From contig JAZRBB010000003.1 in NCBI GenBank assembly GCA_045634865.1, forward strand, positions 203,082-267,081: a DNA stretch of 64,000 bases, given 5' to 3'. Below are positions 38,917-47,391 of this stretch, in pieces. The notes below the pieces were generated by a model. The model was not told the origin of the DNA, made no database searches, and was given only the letters and a program-made list of their open reading frames with translations. Every line of letters begins with the position of its first letter. Within the stretch, counting starts at the first letter, position 1. Origin of the DNA: Candidatus Enterousia sp. GTDB lineage: Bacteria > Pseudomonadota > Alphaproteobacteria > Rs-D84. The position numbers and the translations under genes are program-made.

Positions 38917-38990
38917 TTTATTTTCCTTTTATTTTTACGCGGTTTCTGTTATTTTATAGAAAACAAACATAAAATCAAGGGAAAAACGAC

Positions 38991-39578
38991 ATGGTTTATA
39001 TTTTTTCTGTTATTATTTCTTATTTATTGGGTTCTATCCCTTTCGGGATTATCGTTACGAAATTATTTAACAAGGGGGATTTACGCAAAGTTGGCAGTGG
39101 TAATATCGGTGCAACCAATGTTATGCGGGTTGGTGGATTGCGTTTGGCTGGCTTGGTTTGGATTCTGGATATGATAAAGGCTGTTGTGGCGGTTTTGATT
39201 GGTCGGTATATTGGTGGGGCTGTGTTTGGTATCTGGTGCGGTTTTGTGGCGATTATTGGGCATTGTTTTCCAATTTGGTTAAGGTTTCGTGGGGGTAAAG
39301 GGGTTTCGTGTTTGTTCGGGGTTCTGTTGGCTGTGAATCCAATCTTGTTTATAGTTTGTGGTATTGAATGGCTTTTGATTGCGTTGGGAACGGGCTATTC
39401 GTCTGCTGGTGCTTTGGTTGCGTTTTGTTTGATGCCAATATTGGGATTTTTTATGAATTTCGGTATAGGAATTGCATTTTTGGCTATTTCGGTGTTGTGT
39501 TTATGGCGACATCGGGAAAATATTTTGCGCTTGGTTTCAGGTAAAGAATCAAAAATAGAATGGAAGTGGAAAAAATAA
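38991..39578 (+). CDS. plsY: Glycerol-3-phosphate acyltransferase PlsY
   Basis: 195 aa, 5 TM segments. YLLGSIPFG, GSGNIGATN and RFRGGKGV motifs. Confidence 0.85.
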   Translation: MVYIFSVIISYLLGSIPFGIIVTKLFNKGDLRKVGSGNIGATNVMRVGGLRLAGLVWILDMIKAVVAVLIGRYIGGAVFGIWCGFVAIIGHCFPIWLRFRGGKGVSCLFGVLLAVNPILFIVCGIEWLLIALGTGYSSAGALVAFCLMPILGFFMNFGIGIAFLAISVLCLWRHRENILRLVSGKESKIEWKWKK

Positions 39579-39591
39579 GTTCAGATAGTAT

Positions 39592-39620
39592 TTGTTTTTA
39601 TTTGTATTTTGTGATATAAT
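39592..39620 (+). promoter_or_regulatory. Extended -10 promoter (TTGTTT-17 nt-TGaTATAAT), same 16-mer as at 5887
   Basis: TTTTGTGATATAATAT at 39606-39621. Drives the secreted-protein gene at 39648. Confidence 0.4.
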
Positions 39621-39647
39621 ATCGTCATAAGTAAGAGGGTTTTATAC

Positions 39648-40454
39648 ATGAAATATTTTGTTTCTGTGTTGGTTATTGCTATGTTCGGTTTTGGCGCAAA
39701 TGCCGCACAAAATGGGCGTCCGGCTATGGCAAAGAATATTATGTCTGCACCAAGGTATACTGCGTCTGTGAATCAGATATCTGGAAGTACAGCAAAGATT
39801 GGTGTAAAGACTGGTGCAAACACCGATGAAACAGCGCAACAAACAGATGAATCAGCGGAAGAGGCTGAAGAAGCAGCGGTTGTTGATATGCGCGAAGCAG
39901 AACGCAATGCATGTATCAATAATAATATCGGTGTTGGTAATACTTTTGTGTGGGCTTCTAAATACAGCGATACATCGAATTATGCAAATATGACCGAAGA
40001 TGCGGAGCATCCCGAAAATAATGTGTGTTTTGTGCGTGTAGAATTAAATTCTACGAACGAATCGCGTATAAAAGTATCTGACATTGAACCAAAGTATTTT
40101 GTGTGGGGCGAACCGATTAAATGTGGTGGCTGGGTTAGCAAGAAAGAAATGGAAAAACGTATATTAGAAGCCAGAAAAGGTGCACGTATTGGTGGTATTG
40201 TGGCCAGTACTGTTGGTGGTTTGGGACTTGGGGTCGGCGCCATGGAATTATTCGGTAACAGATTGATTGGTGGCAAGGTGGAAGGCCAAAAAGGTGTGGA
40301 TGAAAAAGAATTATACAAGGCACAGTTGGCCAAAGATGAAAATAAAGAATACATAGCTGACTTGAAGGTGATGGTGGAAGCGTGCCAAGATGGAACCAGT
40401 TATATTAGTGATTGTGACTTGTACGAAGAATTATATAGGTCGGTTGCTAAATAG
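39648..40454 (+). CDS. Secreted Cys-containing protein, unknown function
   Basis: Signal peptide MKYFVSVLVIAMFGFGANA. Acidic stretch, Gly-rich hydrophobic segment (IGGIVASTVGGLGLGVGAMELFG) and 6 Cys. Confidence 0.4.
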   Translation: MKYFVSVLVIAMFGFGANAAQNGRPAMAKNIMSAPRYTASVNQISGSTAKIGVKTGANTDETAQQTDESAEEAEEAAVVDMREAERNACINNNIGVGNTFVWASKYSDTSNYANMTEDAEHPENNVCFVRVELNSTNESRIKVSDIEPKYFVWGEPIKCGGWVSKKEMEKRILEARKGARIGGIVASTVGGLGLGVGAMELFGNRLIGGKVEGQKGVDEKELYKAQLAKDENKEYIADLKVMVEACQDGTSYISDCDLYEELYRSVAK

Positions 40455-40471
40455 TAGATATGGGGTGTAAG

Positions 40472-41059
40472 ATGAAAAAGTATGTTGTTTTGTTTTTAAT
40501 GTGTTTGCCAATGGTGTCATTTGGGGCGCCATCTGTGCGTGCCCTTGGAGCTGGTGCTGTTGTTGGTGCGTCTGGGGCGACAGCAAGTAAAATAACACCA
40601 GCAAAAGTAGGCAGTACACCGAGTACAAGTAGTGTCGCGCGTGTTGGTTCTTTGCGTGCAAAGGCTACTACGGTTGGTACCCCAAGTGTTGTTTCTGGTG
40701 CTACTGGACGTTTTCCGGTAATTTCTACGGCCAAGTTTTATAATACCACAGCGACACCGCGTCCAATTAGTTCTGTATCTAATACTTCCATTATAAATAC
40801 AGAAGAAAATTTGGATGCCCTTACACAAAGGGTTGAAAATATAGAAAATTTGCAAGGTAATACCGATGTTGTTAACACAGTAAAAAATGTGTCGAATTTG
40901 GAAGGTAGTACAAATATCGTTAATACCGTCAAAGATAACAAAGATAGTATAGAAGAATTGAACAAAAATGCAGATACTGTTTTAGTGTCGGGTTCAGGCA
41001 ATCCTTTTACCGGAAATCCACAAAATGAAAATCGTGCTTGGATTTGGGTTGAGAAATAG
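40472..41059 (+). CDS. Secreted Ala/Ser/Thr/Gly-rich surface protein with tandem 17-aa repeats
   Basis: Signal peptide MKKYVVLFLMCLPMVSFGA and a low-complexity AGAVVGASGATASK region. Two tandem repeats NLQGNTDVVNTVKNVS / NLEGSTNIVNTVKDNK. Confidence 0.4.
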   Translation: MKKYVVLFLMCLPMVSFGAPSVRALGAGAVVGASGATASKITPAKVGSTPSTSSVARVGSLRAKATTVGTPSVVSGATGRFPVISTAKFYNTTATPRPISSVSNTSIINTEENLDALTQRVENIENLQGNTDVVNTVKNVSNLEGSTNIVNTVKDNKDSIEELNKNADTVLVSGSGNPFTGNPQNENRAWIWVEK

Positions 41060-41098
41060 TCTGTTTATTTAATTTTTTACTTTTACGGGATTGTAGAT

Positions 41099-42130
41099 TT
41101 GTTCTACAATCCTTTTGTTATGAATGATTTATTAAATAAACTTTTGATTTTGCGAAGTCCTGGTATCGGTCCTGTGAAATATAATAATTTGCTGGCCAGG
41201 TTTGGTGATATTGAATCCATAGTTGATTCGATGCAGTTGTCGTCTGAATTTATCGATGATGTAAAACGTGAAATTGATAATGCTTATTCTTTGGGTATAG
41301 AATATTTGGATGAAAACGATTCGCGATATCCGCAAAATCTGTTGAATATAAAAAATCATCCAATTGTTATAACTGCGCGTGGAAACATAGAAACATTAAA
41401 CAAGAAAACAGTTGCTATGGTTGGGACGCGTCATGCAACCGCATCAGGTATGGATTTTATGTCGCAAATGGCATGCAAATTTGCAGAACATAATTTTGCA
41501 GTTGTTTCTGGTATGGCAATGGGAACAGATACTGCGGCGCATATCGGTGCTTTGCGTGCAGATGGAAATACACAAACGATTGCGGTTCTGGCGGGTGGTG
41601 TTGATTATATATGGCCACTTGAAAACGAATCATTATATTACGAAATATTGGATCGTGGTGTTGTGATAAGCGAATTGCCGGTGGGCGTAAAACCTGTTGC
41701 ACAAAATTTTGTTCAGCGAAATCATTGGGTTGCAGGAATATCTGATTTTTTAATTTTGGGTGAGGCAGATGAAAAATCAGGCAGTATGACCACTGCACGA
41801 TTCGCTTTGGATTATAAAAAGCGCGTATTTGCGGTACCTGGACACCCATCTGATCCACGTAGTATTGGTCCAAATTCATTGATAAAAAGTGGTGCAGCAA
41901 CATTATGTATGTCCATAAAAGATTTCTTTGATGACGAAAAAGTATCTTCAAAGAAAAAAAATAATACATACCAAAATGAGATATTAGATAAATTAGGAAT
42001 GATTCCTGTATCAGAATCTGTATTGGCAAATCTTGTCAAAAAAAGCATTGCGGAAATCAAAGCTGATTTAGTGGTCTTGGAATTGCAAGGTTTAATAAGA
42101 AAACAAGACGGTGGTTATGTTCTGAATTGA
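41099..42130 (+). CDS. dprA: DNA-processing protein DprA/Smf
   Basis: 343 aa. Rossmann-like DprA domain (VAMVGTRHATASGMDF...VVSGMAMGTDTAAHIGAL...IAVLAGGVDYIWP) plus a C-terminal winged-helix region. Confidence 0.8.
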   Translation: MFYNPFVMNDLLNKLLILRSPGIGPVKYNNLLARFGDIESIVDSMQLSSEFIDDVKREIDNAYSLGIEYLDENDSRYPQNLLNIKNHPIVITARGNIETLNKKTVAMVGTRHATASGMDFMSQMACKFAEHNFAVVSGMAMGTDTAAHIGALRADGNTQTIAVLAGGVDYIWPLENESLYYEILDRGVVISELPVGVKPVAQNFVQRNHWVAGISDFLILGEADEKSGSMTTARFALDYKKRVFAVPGHPSDPRSIGPNSLIKSGAATLCMSIKDFFDDEKVSSKKKNNTYQNEILDKLGMIPVSESVLANLVKKSIAEIKADLVVLELQGLIRKQDGGYVLN

Positions 42131-42433
42131 TTTATTTTGTGTCTATACAGTGTATATACAAAGTGCGAAAATCTGGGGAAAAAACGAATCGTTGTCAAAA
42201 AATAAATGTGCAAAAAATAATTAACATTTGGTTGCAAACAGAAATAAATCTTATAAATTGTTTCGTGTAAAGAAAAACGATTGAAACAAATCAATCAACA
42301 AGTGAGAGAAAAGAGTAGGGCAATATAAATATTTAATTCTGAAACTTGGAATTACATATTTATGTGGGTGGATTTTGCACCCAAAAATGCACAGGCAGGA
42401 AACTCTTTTAAGAAAGGAAAAGGAGCAAACGAC

Positions 42434-43711
42434 ATGCAAGCAGCAACAAAACAAAATGTAAATGTTGAATCAATCAAGGCAGCGATTTCTGCCAACATAG
42501 GTTCTGCGGGTTTTACTTCTTGGATTGCGCCTTTGCATTTTGAATTGTCTGGAAACTGCTTGAATTTGGTTGCTCATAATCAATTTGCTGCAGATTATGT
42601 TAAAAATGTTTATGGCGAAGTTATTTCCAAAATTATTTCTGAATTTGATTTAGATTTAAATATATGTGTTCGTTCATCTGCAAATGTTGTAAATACTGCA
42701 AATGATAATGTTGTGTGTGCATATACCCCATCTGAATCAGTCGCAACAAAAACAAATAAAAATGCTTTTAATCGTTTTATTTGTTCTGATGAAAATAATT
42801 TTGCATTGATGGCATGCAAAAAAATCGCGTCTGGAAATGCATCTTTTTCTCAGTTATTTATTTATGGTCCCAGTGGTTGTGGTAAATCTTTGTTGGCAAA
42901 TTGTATTTGTGCTGAATCAGACAGTCGTGTTTTGATGATGTCTGGTGGTCAGTTTGTTGCAGATTTTACACGCAGTTTACGTGATAAAACGATATTTGCT
43001 TTCAAAGATTATTGTCGTAATTGCGATACGTTTATTTTGGACGATGTTTGTGCGCTGGCTGGGAAACGTGCAACAATGGATGAATTTATGCAGTTGATAT
43101 CAGATTTGCGTAATATGGGAAAAAATGTTGTGTTGACTGCAAATATGGCACCAAATGCTTTGACAGGTTTTGATAGACGTGTTCAATCTTTGTTTGCGTC
43201 TGGGTTGGTTGTTGATGTTGTTGCACCAAATGCCTATGTTCGTCGTTCTATGTTATTGCATGGCGGTGTTGATATGACTGTTGCAGACGAATTATCAAAA
43301 AGAATTGCTGCAGATGGTCATTTGGTAAATGGTGTTATAAATAAAATCAAAACGTATTCTGAATTGATGGGTGAACGTGTTGATATGGATGTGGCTGCAC
43401 GTTTGTTGGGTGATACATTGGCGAAAAATAAAACACCAATCGCGATGGTTAAATCTATGTGCGAAAAAATGTGTGTGTCATACGATGAAATTTGTGGTAA
43501 TTCACGCGCCCGTCGTTTGGTTCGTGCACGTCAGGTTATGATGGCTGCATTGAAAAGCGCGACAAGTTTGTCGTTAACGGAAATCGGTAATGTTTGTGGC
43601 GGTCGTGATCATGCAACTGTTGTTTATGCGCTCAGCCAAATCGAATCGCAAAAAACATCTGATTTGATTTTGAATGCAGAATTGGACGACATGATAAAAA
43701 TCTGCAAATAA
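42434..43711 (+). CDS. dnaA: Chromosomal replication initiator DnaA
   Basis: AAA+ Walker A FIYGPSGCGKS, sensor motifs, and C-terminal DNA-binding domain IV (RARQVMMAALKSATSLSLTEIGNVCGGRDHATVVYALSQIE). Start set at MQAAT with RBS AAGGAG; the ORF track begins at 42362. Confidence 0.85.
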   Translation: MQAATKQNVNVESIKAAISANIGSAGFTSWIAPLHFELSGNCLNLVAHNQFAADYVKNVYGEVISKIISEFDLDLNICVRSSANVVNTANDNVVCAYTPSESVATKTNKNAFNRFICSDENNFALMACKKIASGNASFSQLFIYGPSGCGKSLLANCICAESDSRVLMMSGGQFVADFTRSLRDKTIFAFKDYCRNCDTFILDDVCALAGKRATMDEFMQLISDLRNMGKNVVLTANMAPNALTGFDRRVQSLFASGLVVDVVAPNAYVRRSMLLHGGVDMTVADELSKRIAADGHLVNGVINKIKTYSELMGERVDMDVAARLLGDTLAKNKTPIAMVKSMCEKMCVSYDEICGNSRARRLVRARQVMMAALKSATSLSLTEIGNVCGGRDHATVVYALSQIESQKTSDLILNAELDDMIKICK

Positions 43712-43738
43712 AGTTTTGCCTTGTCAAAAAGGGGAAAA

Positions 43739-43767
43739 ACACACCCGCAAGCAGGCGGGTGTTTTTT
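43739..43767 (+). terminator. Rho-independent terminator after dnaA
   Basis: ACACCCGC-aagcag-GCGGGTGT hairpin followed by T6. Confidence 0.65.
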
Positions 43768-43779
43768 ACGATTTTTTCA

Positions 43780-43818
43780 GGTTCCCCGCCAGTGGCGGGG
43801 AACCTTTCTCGGTTCAAA
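43780..43818. repeat. GC-rich perfect palindrome GGTTCCCCGCC-agt-GGCGGGGAACC plus TTTCTCGGTTCA tail (REP-like dispersed repeat, copy 1)
   Basis: 11-bp perfect stem. Related copies occur at 60885-60901 and 61055-61077. The tail 12-mer TTTCTCGGTTCA recurs at 5678-5689. Confidence 0.8.
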
Positions 43819-43884
43819 AAAAAACATTTTGTTAAACATAAAAAATATGATAAAATACAACCTGATAAAAGGGAGCGAAAGGGT

Positions 43885-44820
43885 ATGAAAAAATTATCTT
43901 TTGTATTGTTGGCTTTGTTGACATGTCCATCATATGCAACGGTATATGATTTAGATGTCGCAATGAACAATGTTCGTAATGCATGCAGTGGTATAAATTC
44001 CAAAATGGACCATCTGAAATTGATGGCTGGTATAAATACCGGTATCAGCGCGGCGGGAACTGTGACTGGTGCTGTGGCACTTGGAACAGGTATTGCAAAG
44101 GCACAGACGGATGATGCGATTGAAACTATACAGAAAATGTATGAAAAATTTAAGCCCACAAAACCAGAAAACGCATCAAGCCAAGCTGATATTGATAGGG
44201 CACCGGAAAACTTCAAAAAAATATTAGAAAAGTATGCGCATAATATGAAAGATGCTGGCGATGTTGCTATTAAAGCAGCAGAACAAGAATCAAAAACATT
44301 GGGTAATGTTAGAACCGGTATGTTGGCTGCGAATACAGCAACCAGCGTTGCGGGTGCTGTGATTTCAAGTCAGAACAAAGTAAATGGTAGTATCAAGGAC
44401 GCAATTGATAACTGTATTTCTGCCACAGATGATTTGCGTGAGAGTATGATGCAGGCACGTCTTGATGGGTATGATACAATGGATGCAAAACGCATAGTAG
44501 ATGCGTGCAGTGAATATAAATTTGCGGATTTATCAAAGATAAATAAATTGGCAACTGGTTCAACAGTGACATCCAGTATAGGTGCTGTTGCAGGTGGAAT
44601 AGGAACAATAACTAGTGCTGTGGCAAATACAGATTCGACAAGAAACGATAACAGTAAAGAAGGTATAGAAAAAGAAAAGAATCTGAATACAGCATCGAAT
44701 GTATTGTCTGGTGTGACGACAGCGACATCGGCGGTATCAACAATATTAAACGGTGTTCAAATAGCAACGATAAAGAAAGTAGTATCTATATCCGAGAAAT
44801 GTGAAAAGGAGATACAATAA
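43885..44820 (+). CDS. Secreted Ala/Gly/Thr-rich protein, paralog B of the 34578 gene
   Basis: Signal peptide MKKLSFVLLALLTCPSYA. AGINTGISAAGTVTGAVALGTGIAKAQ core. C-terminal NTDSTRNDNSKEGIEKEKNLNTASNVLSGVTTATSAVSTIL...KCEKE is collinear with paralog A, including 4 conserved Cys. Confidence 0.6.
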   Translation: MKKLSFVLLALLTCPSYATVYDLDVAMNNVRNACSGINSKMDHLKLMAGINTGISAAGTVTGAVALGTGIAKAQTDDAIETIQKMYEKFKPTKPENASSQADIDRAPENFKKILEKYAHNMKDAGDVAIKAAEQESKTLGNVRTGMLAANTATSVAGAVISSQNKVNGSIKDAIDNCISATDDLRESMMQARLDGYDTMDAKRIVDACSEYKFADLSKINKLATGSTVTSSIGAVAGGIGTITSAVANTDSTRNDNSKEGIEKEKNLNTASNVLSGVTTATSAVSTILNGVQIATIKKVVSISEKCEKEIQ

Positions 44821-45434
44821 TGAAAAAGTTTTTAATTGCATTTTTGTTGTCTTGTATGTGCTTGATGCCTCTGGTTGCAAAGGCTTCAAATGAATCAGAA
44901 ATTTGTTATGAATATTTAGGTAAAGATGGAGGCGGGTTATTCGGTATTATGTCTAAATATTTGTCCGATGGTAACGGGCATTGGACAGAAAACGGAGAGT
45001 CAGCGTTTGATTTTTTTGAGACTAAAATGACAGAGGGTAAAGAATCTCGGGGTGTTGCTAGTATAACATGTAGCGACCTTCTGGATGTTTGTATCGAGGC
45101 AAAATGGGTAGATAAAGCTGGTAAGGCTAAATGTAGCGCTTTTGCTGGAGATTTGTATAAAGCATGGACTCTCGGAAAAAAAGATTCAAATAAGAATGGT
45201 AAAAAATCTTCGGATATACTAAAAAGCGCTATTGAAACGTATTGTGAAAACCAAGGCGGTGTCGATTTTATAATGGAACAATGTGAAAATTATAAAAGAG
45301 ATGTATCCAGACCAGAGGTTTTAAACTGGCAACTATATTATAGTACGTATGCTCAGTTTAACGATTGTGCACGATTATATGGTTATGCTTTTACAGCGTC
45401 TAAAAAGGGTGGGTGTCACAAAATTAAAAAATAA
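44820..45434 (+). CDS. Secreted Cys-rich protein (204 aa), translationally coupled to paralog B
   Basis: The stop and start codons overlap (TAATG). Signal peptide MKKFLIAFLLSCMCLMPLVAKA. 10 Cys. Confidence 0.45.
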   Translation: MKKFLIAFLLSCMCLMPLVAKASNESEICYEYLGKDGGGLFGIMSKYLSDGNGHWTENGESAFDFFETKMTEGKESRGVASITCSDLLDVCIEAKWVDKAGKAKCSAFAGDLYKAWTLGKKDSNKNGKKSSDILKSAIETYCENQGGVDFIMEQCENYKRDVSRPEVLNWQLYYSTYAQFNDCARLYGYAFTASKKGGCHKIKK

Positions 45435-45435
45435 A

Positions 45436-45458
45436 AACAACCGCCCGTTTGGGCGGTT
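45436..45458. terminator. Bidirectional terminator hairpin
   Basis: AACCGCCC-gttt-GGGCGGTT followed by TGTTTT. Confidence 0.55.
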
Positions 45459-45487
45459 TGTTTTATCGTATCTTGGAACCAGTCTTT

Positions 45488-46000
45488 TTATCTAACGTTT
45501 GTGTAGTAGTATTTAATTACTTCGCATGCCATGCTTTTGTTGAAAGTACCTTTTTTGTATACAATTTCGTCGACTTCGCTCGCGTCTTCATCACATTGGA
45601 TACGAATAATATCAGCATCTTGCTTAGATTGTGCATCTTTTTCAGTAGCAATGTAATAAACAGCAGAAACACAACCTCTGGCAAAATTTGGATATAAAAA
45701 CGTTGGATATTCTTCTTGTTTTTTTGTGGTAATTGCTTGTGGTTTTTTGGAATTAATGTAACATGTTTTGTAATCTTGGTCACCATATTGCTCTTGTAAA
45801 ATCACTTTGTTATTTTTGTCGTATATTTCGTGGACCGACAAAATATCACCCGCTTGTTCGATAATATCTTTATTTTGTTTTTGTTGTGAGGTTGCGCAGC
45901 TAGAGCCAGCAATTGTCATAACAATCAAATTTGTGCCTGCTATGAATTTTTTGCCAGATGAGATAATAGTTTTAAGTAGTTTTTTGGCATCTTTTTTCAT
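45488..46000 (-). CDS. Lipoprotein, unknown function
   Basis: 170 aa. Lipobox-like IAGSSC after a hydrophobic segment. 6 Cys. Confidence 0.4.
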   Translation of the reverse strand: MKKDAKKLLKTIISSGKKFIAGTNLIVMTIAGSSCATSQQKQNKDIIEQAGDILSVHEIYDKNNKVILQEQYGDQDYKTCYINSKKPQAITTKKQEEYPTFLYPNFARGCVSAVYYIATEKDAQSKQDADIIRIQCDEDASEVDEIVYKKGTFNKSMACEVIKYYYTNVR

Positions 46001-46102
46001 GTGTTTCCCTTTTTATTTTGCAATTTTTATTCTTTTGCTAGTTATAAATGTATCACAAAAAATACAGTTGTCTAGTATAGGAGTGGATTTTTTTGTTTTG
46101 CC

Positions 46103-47242
46103 TTAAAACCAGCCTTTTTTATCTGATTTGATTCCAGCGAATTCGTTTAAGGCTTTCTTTTGCTTTTCTGTCAATTTCTTTGGAATTACAATTCCGATTT
46201 CAATGTACAAATCACCAAAGCCACCGCGACCGTTTGGCATACCATGCGAACGAATTCTTAATCTTTCGCCAACCTGGGTTCCCGATGGGATTTTCACCGA
46301 TAACTTTTTATCATCGATGGTTTCAATTTCTATTTCACCACCCATTGCCAATGTTGGAAAGTCTATGTCCATATGCATCAGCAAATCATCACCCACGCGT
46401 TCAAATTTTTTGTCTGGCTTGATACGTATATCCAAATAGAAATCGCCAGCGCGACCACCGTTTGGACCCGCTTCGCCCATGCCGGCCATACGTAATCTGG
46501 CACCATCTTGGATACCTGCGGGGATTTTTACATCCAATGTTCTTTGTTTATTGACGGTTCCTGTGCCACCGCATGCAGTACACTTTTTATCAATCTTGCG
46601 CCCCAAGCCATTGCAGTCTGGACATGGTGTTTCAACCGCGAAGAAACCCTGGCGTGCATGAACATAACCGCTACCACCACAGGTTGAACATTTTGGGGCA
46701 GGTTTGCCGTCTGCTGTGCCGTTACCATCACATTTTTCACATTTAACTGCGCTGGAAAACTTTACTGTATGGGTTGTGCCGAAAAAGGCATCTTTCAGAG
46801 ATATTACGACTTCATCCAATAAATCGCGTCCGCTGGGTTGTTTCGCCGCGCCACGACCAGGTTCACCAAAGCCACCACCAAAACCAAAACCACGCATGGC
46901 TTCGCGTAAAATGTCTTCCATTCCGCCCATGCCTTCGCCACCACCCATATTAAAGTGAAATGCGCTATTGCCGAATGGATTGCCACCAAAGCCGTTGCCT
47001 GCGCTGGCACCATTGCCACCTGCAAACGCAGCATCGCCAAATCTGTCGTATGCAGCGCGCTTTTGTGGATCTTTCAATATATCAAAAGCGTTGTTAACTT
47101 CCTTGAACTTTTCTTCGGCAGATTTGTCGCCTGGGTTTTTATCGGGGTGATATTTCATAACCAATTTGTGATAGGCTTTTTTAATGTCTGCATCACTGGC
47201 GTCTTTGGCAACGCCTAATACTTCATATGGATTTTTGTTCAT
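46103..47242 (-). CDS. dnaJ: Molecular chaperone DnaJ
   Basis: J-domain with HPD ([10 protein letters not shown]), a Gly-rich region and four CxxCxGxG zinc-finger repeats. No dnaK adjacent. Confidence 0.9.
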   Translation of the reverse strand: MNKNPYEVLGVAKDASDADIKKAYHKLVMKYHPDKNPGDKSAEEKFKEVNNAFDILKDPQKRAAYDRFGDAAFAGGNGASAGNGFGGNPFGNSAFHFNMGGGEGMGGMEDILREAMRGFGFGGGFGEPGRGAAKQPSGRDLLDEVVISLKDAFFGTTHTVKFSSAVKCEKCDGNGTADGKPAPKCSTCGGSGYVHARQGFFAVETPCPDCNGLGRKIDKKCTACGGTGTVNKQRTLDVKIPAGIQDGARLRMAGMGEAGPNGGRAGDFYLDIRIKPDKKFERVGDDLLMHMDIDFPTLAMGGEIEIETIDDKKLSVKIPSGTQVGERLRIRSHGMPNGRGGFGDLYIEIGIVIPKKLTEKQKKALNEFAGIKSDKKGWF

Positions 47243-47391
47243 TTTGGTACCTGTTTAATTCTTTTGTATGGAATATATAGGTTATTTATAATAAAAATCA
47301 AGTGTATTGGTGTACTATTTTTGCTGTTTTTTATCGCTTGCACCAATGTTAAAAATGTTCTAATAATATTATGATAAAAATGGGAAAAGTG

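Noticed and set aside
42130-42434. Possible oriC / DnaA-box cluster upstream of dnaA
   Set aside because: No convincing TTATNCACA boxes seen by eye, only AT-rich sequence. Cannot be called an origin from this window.
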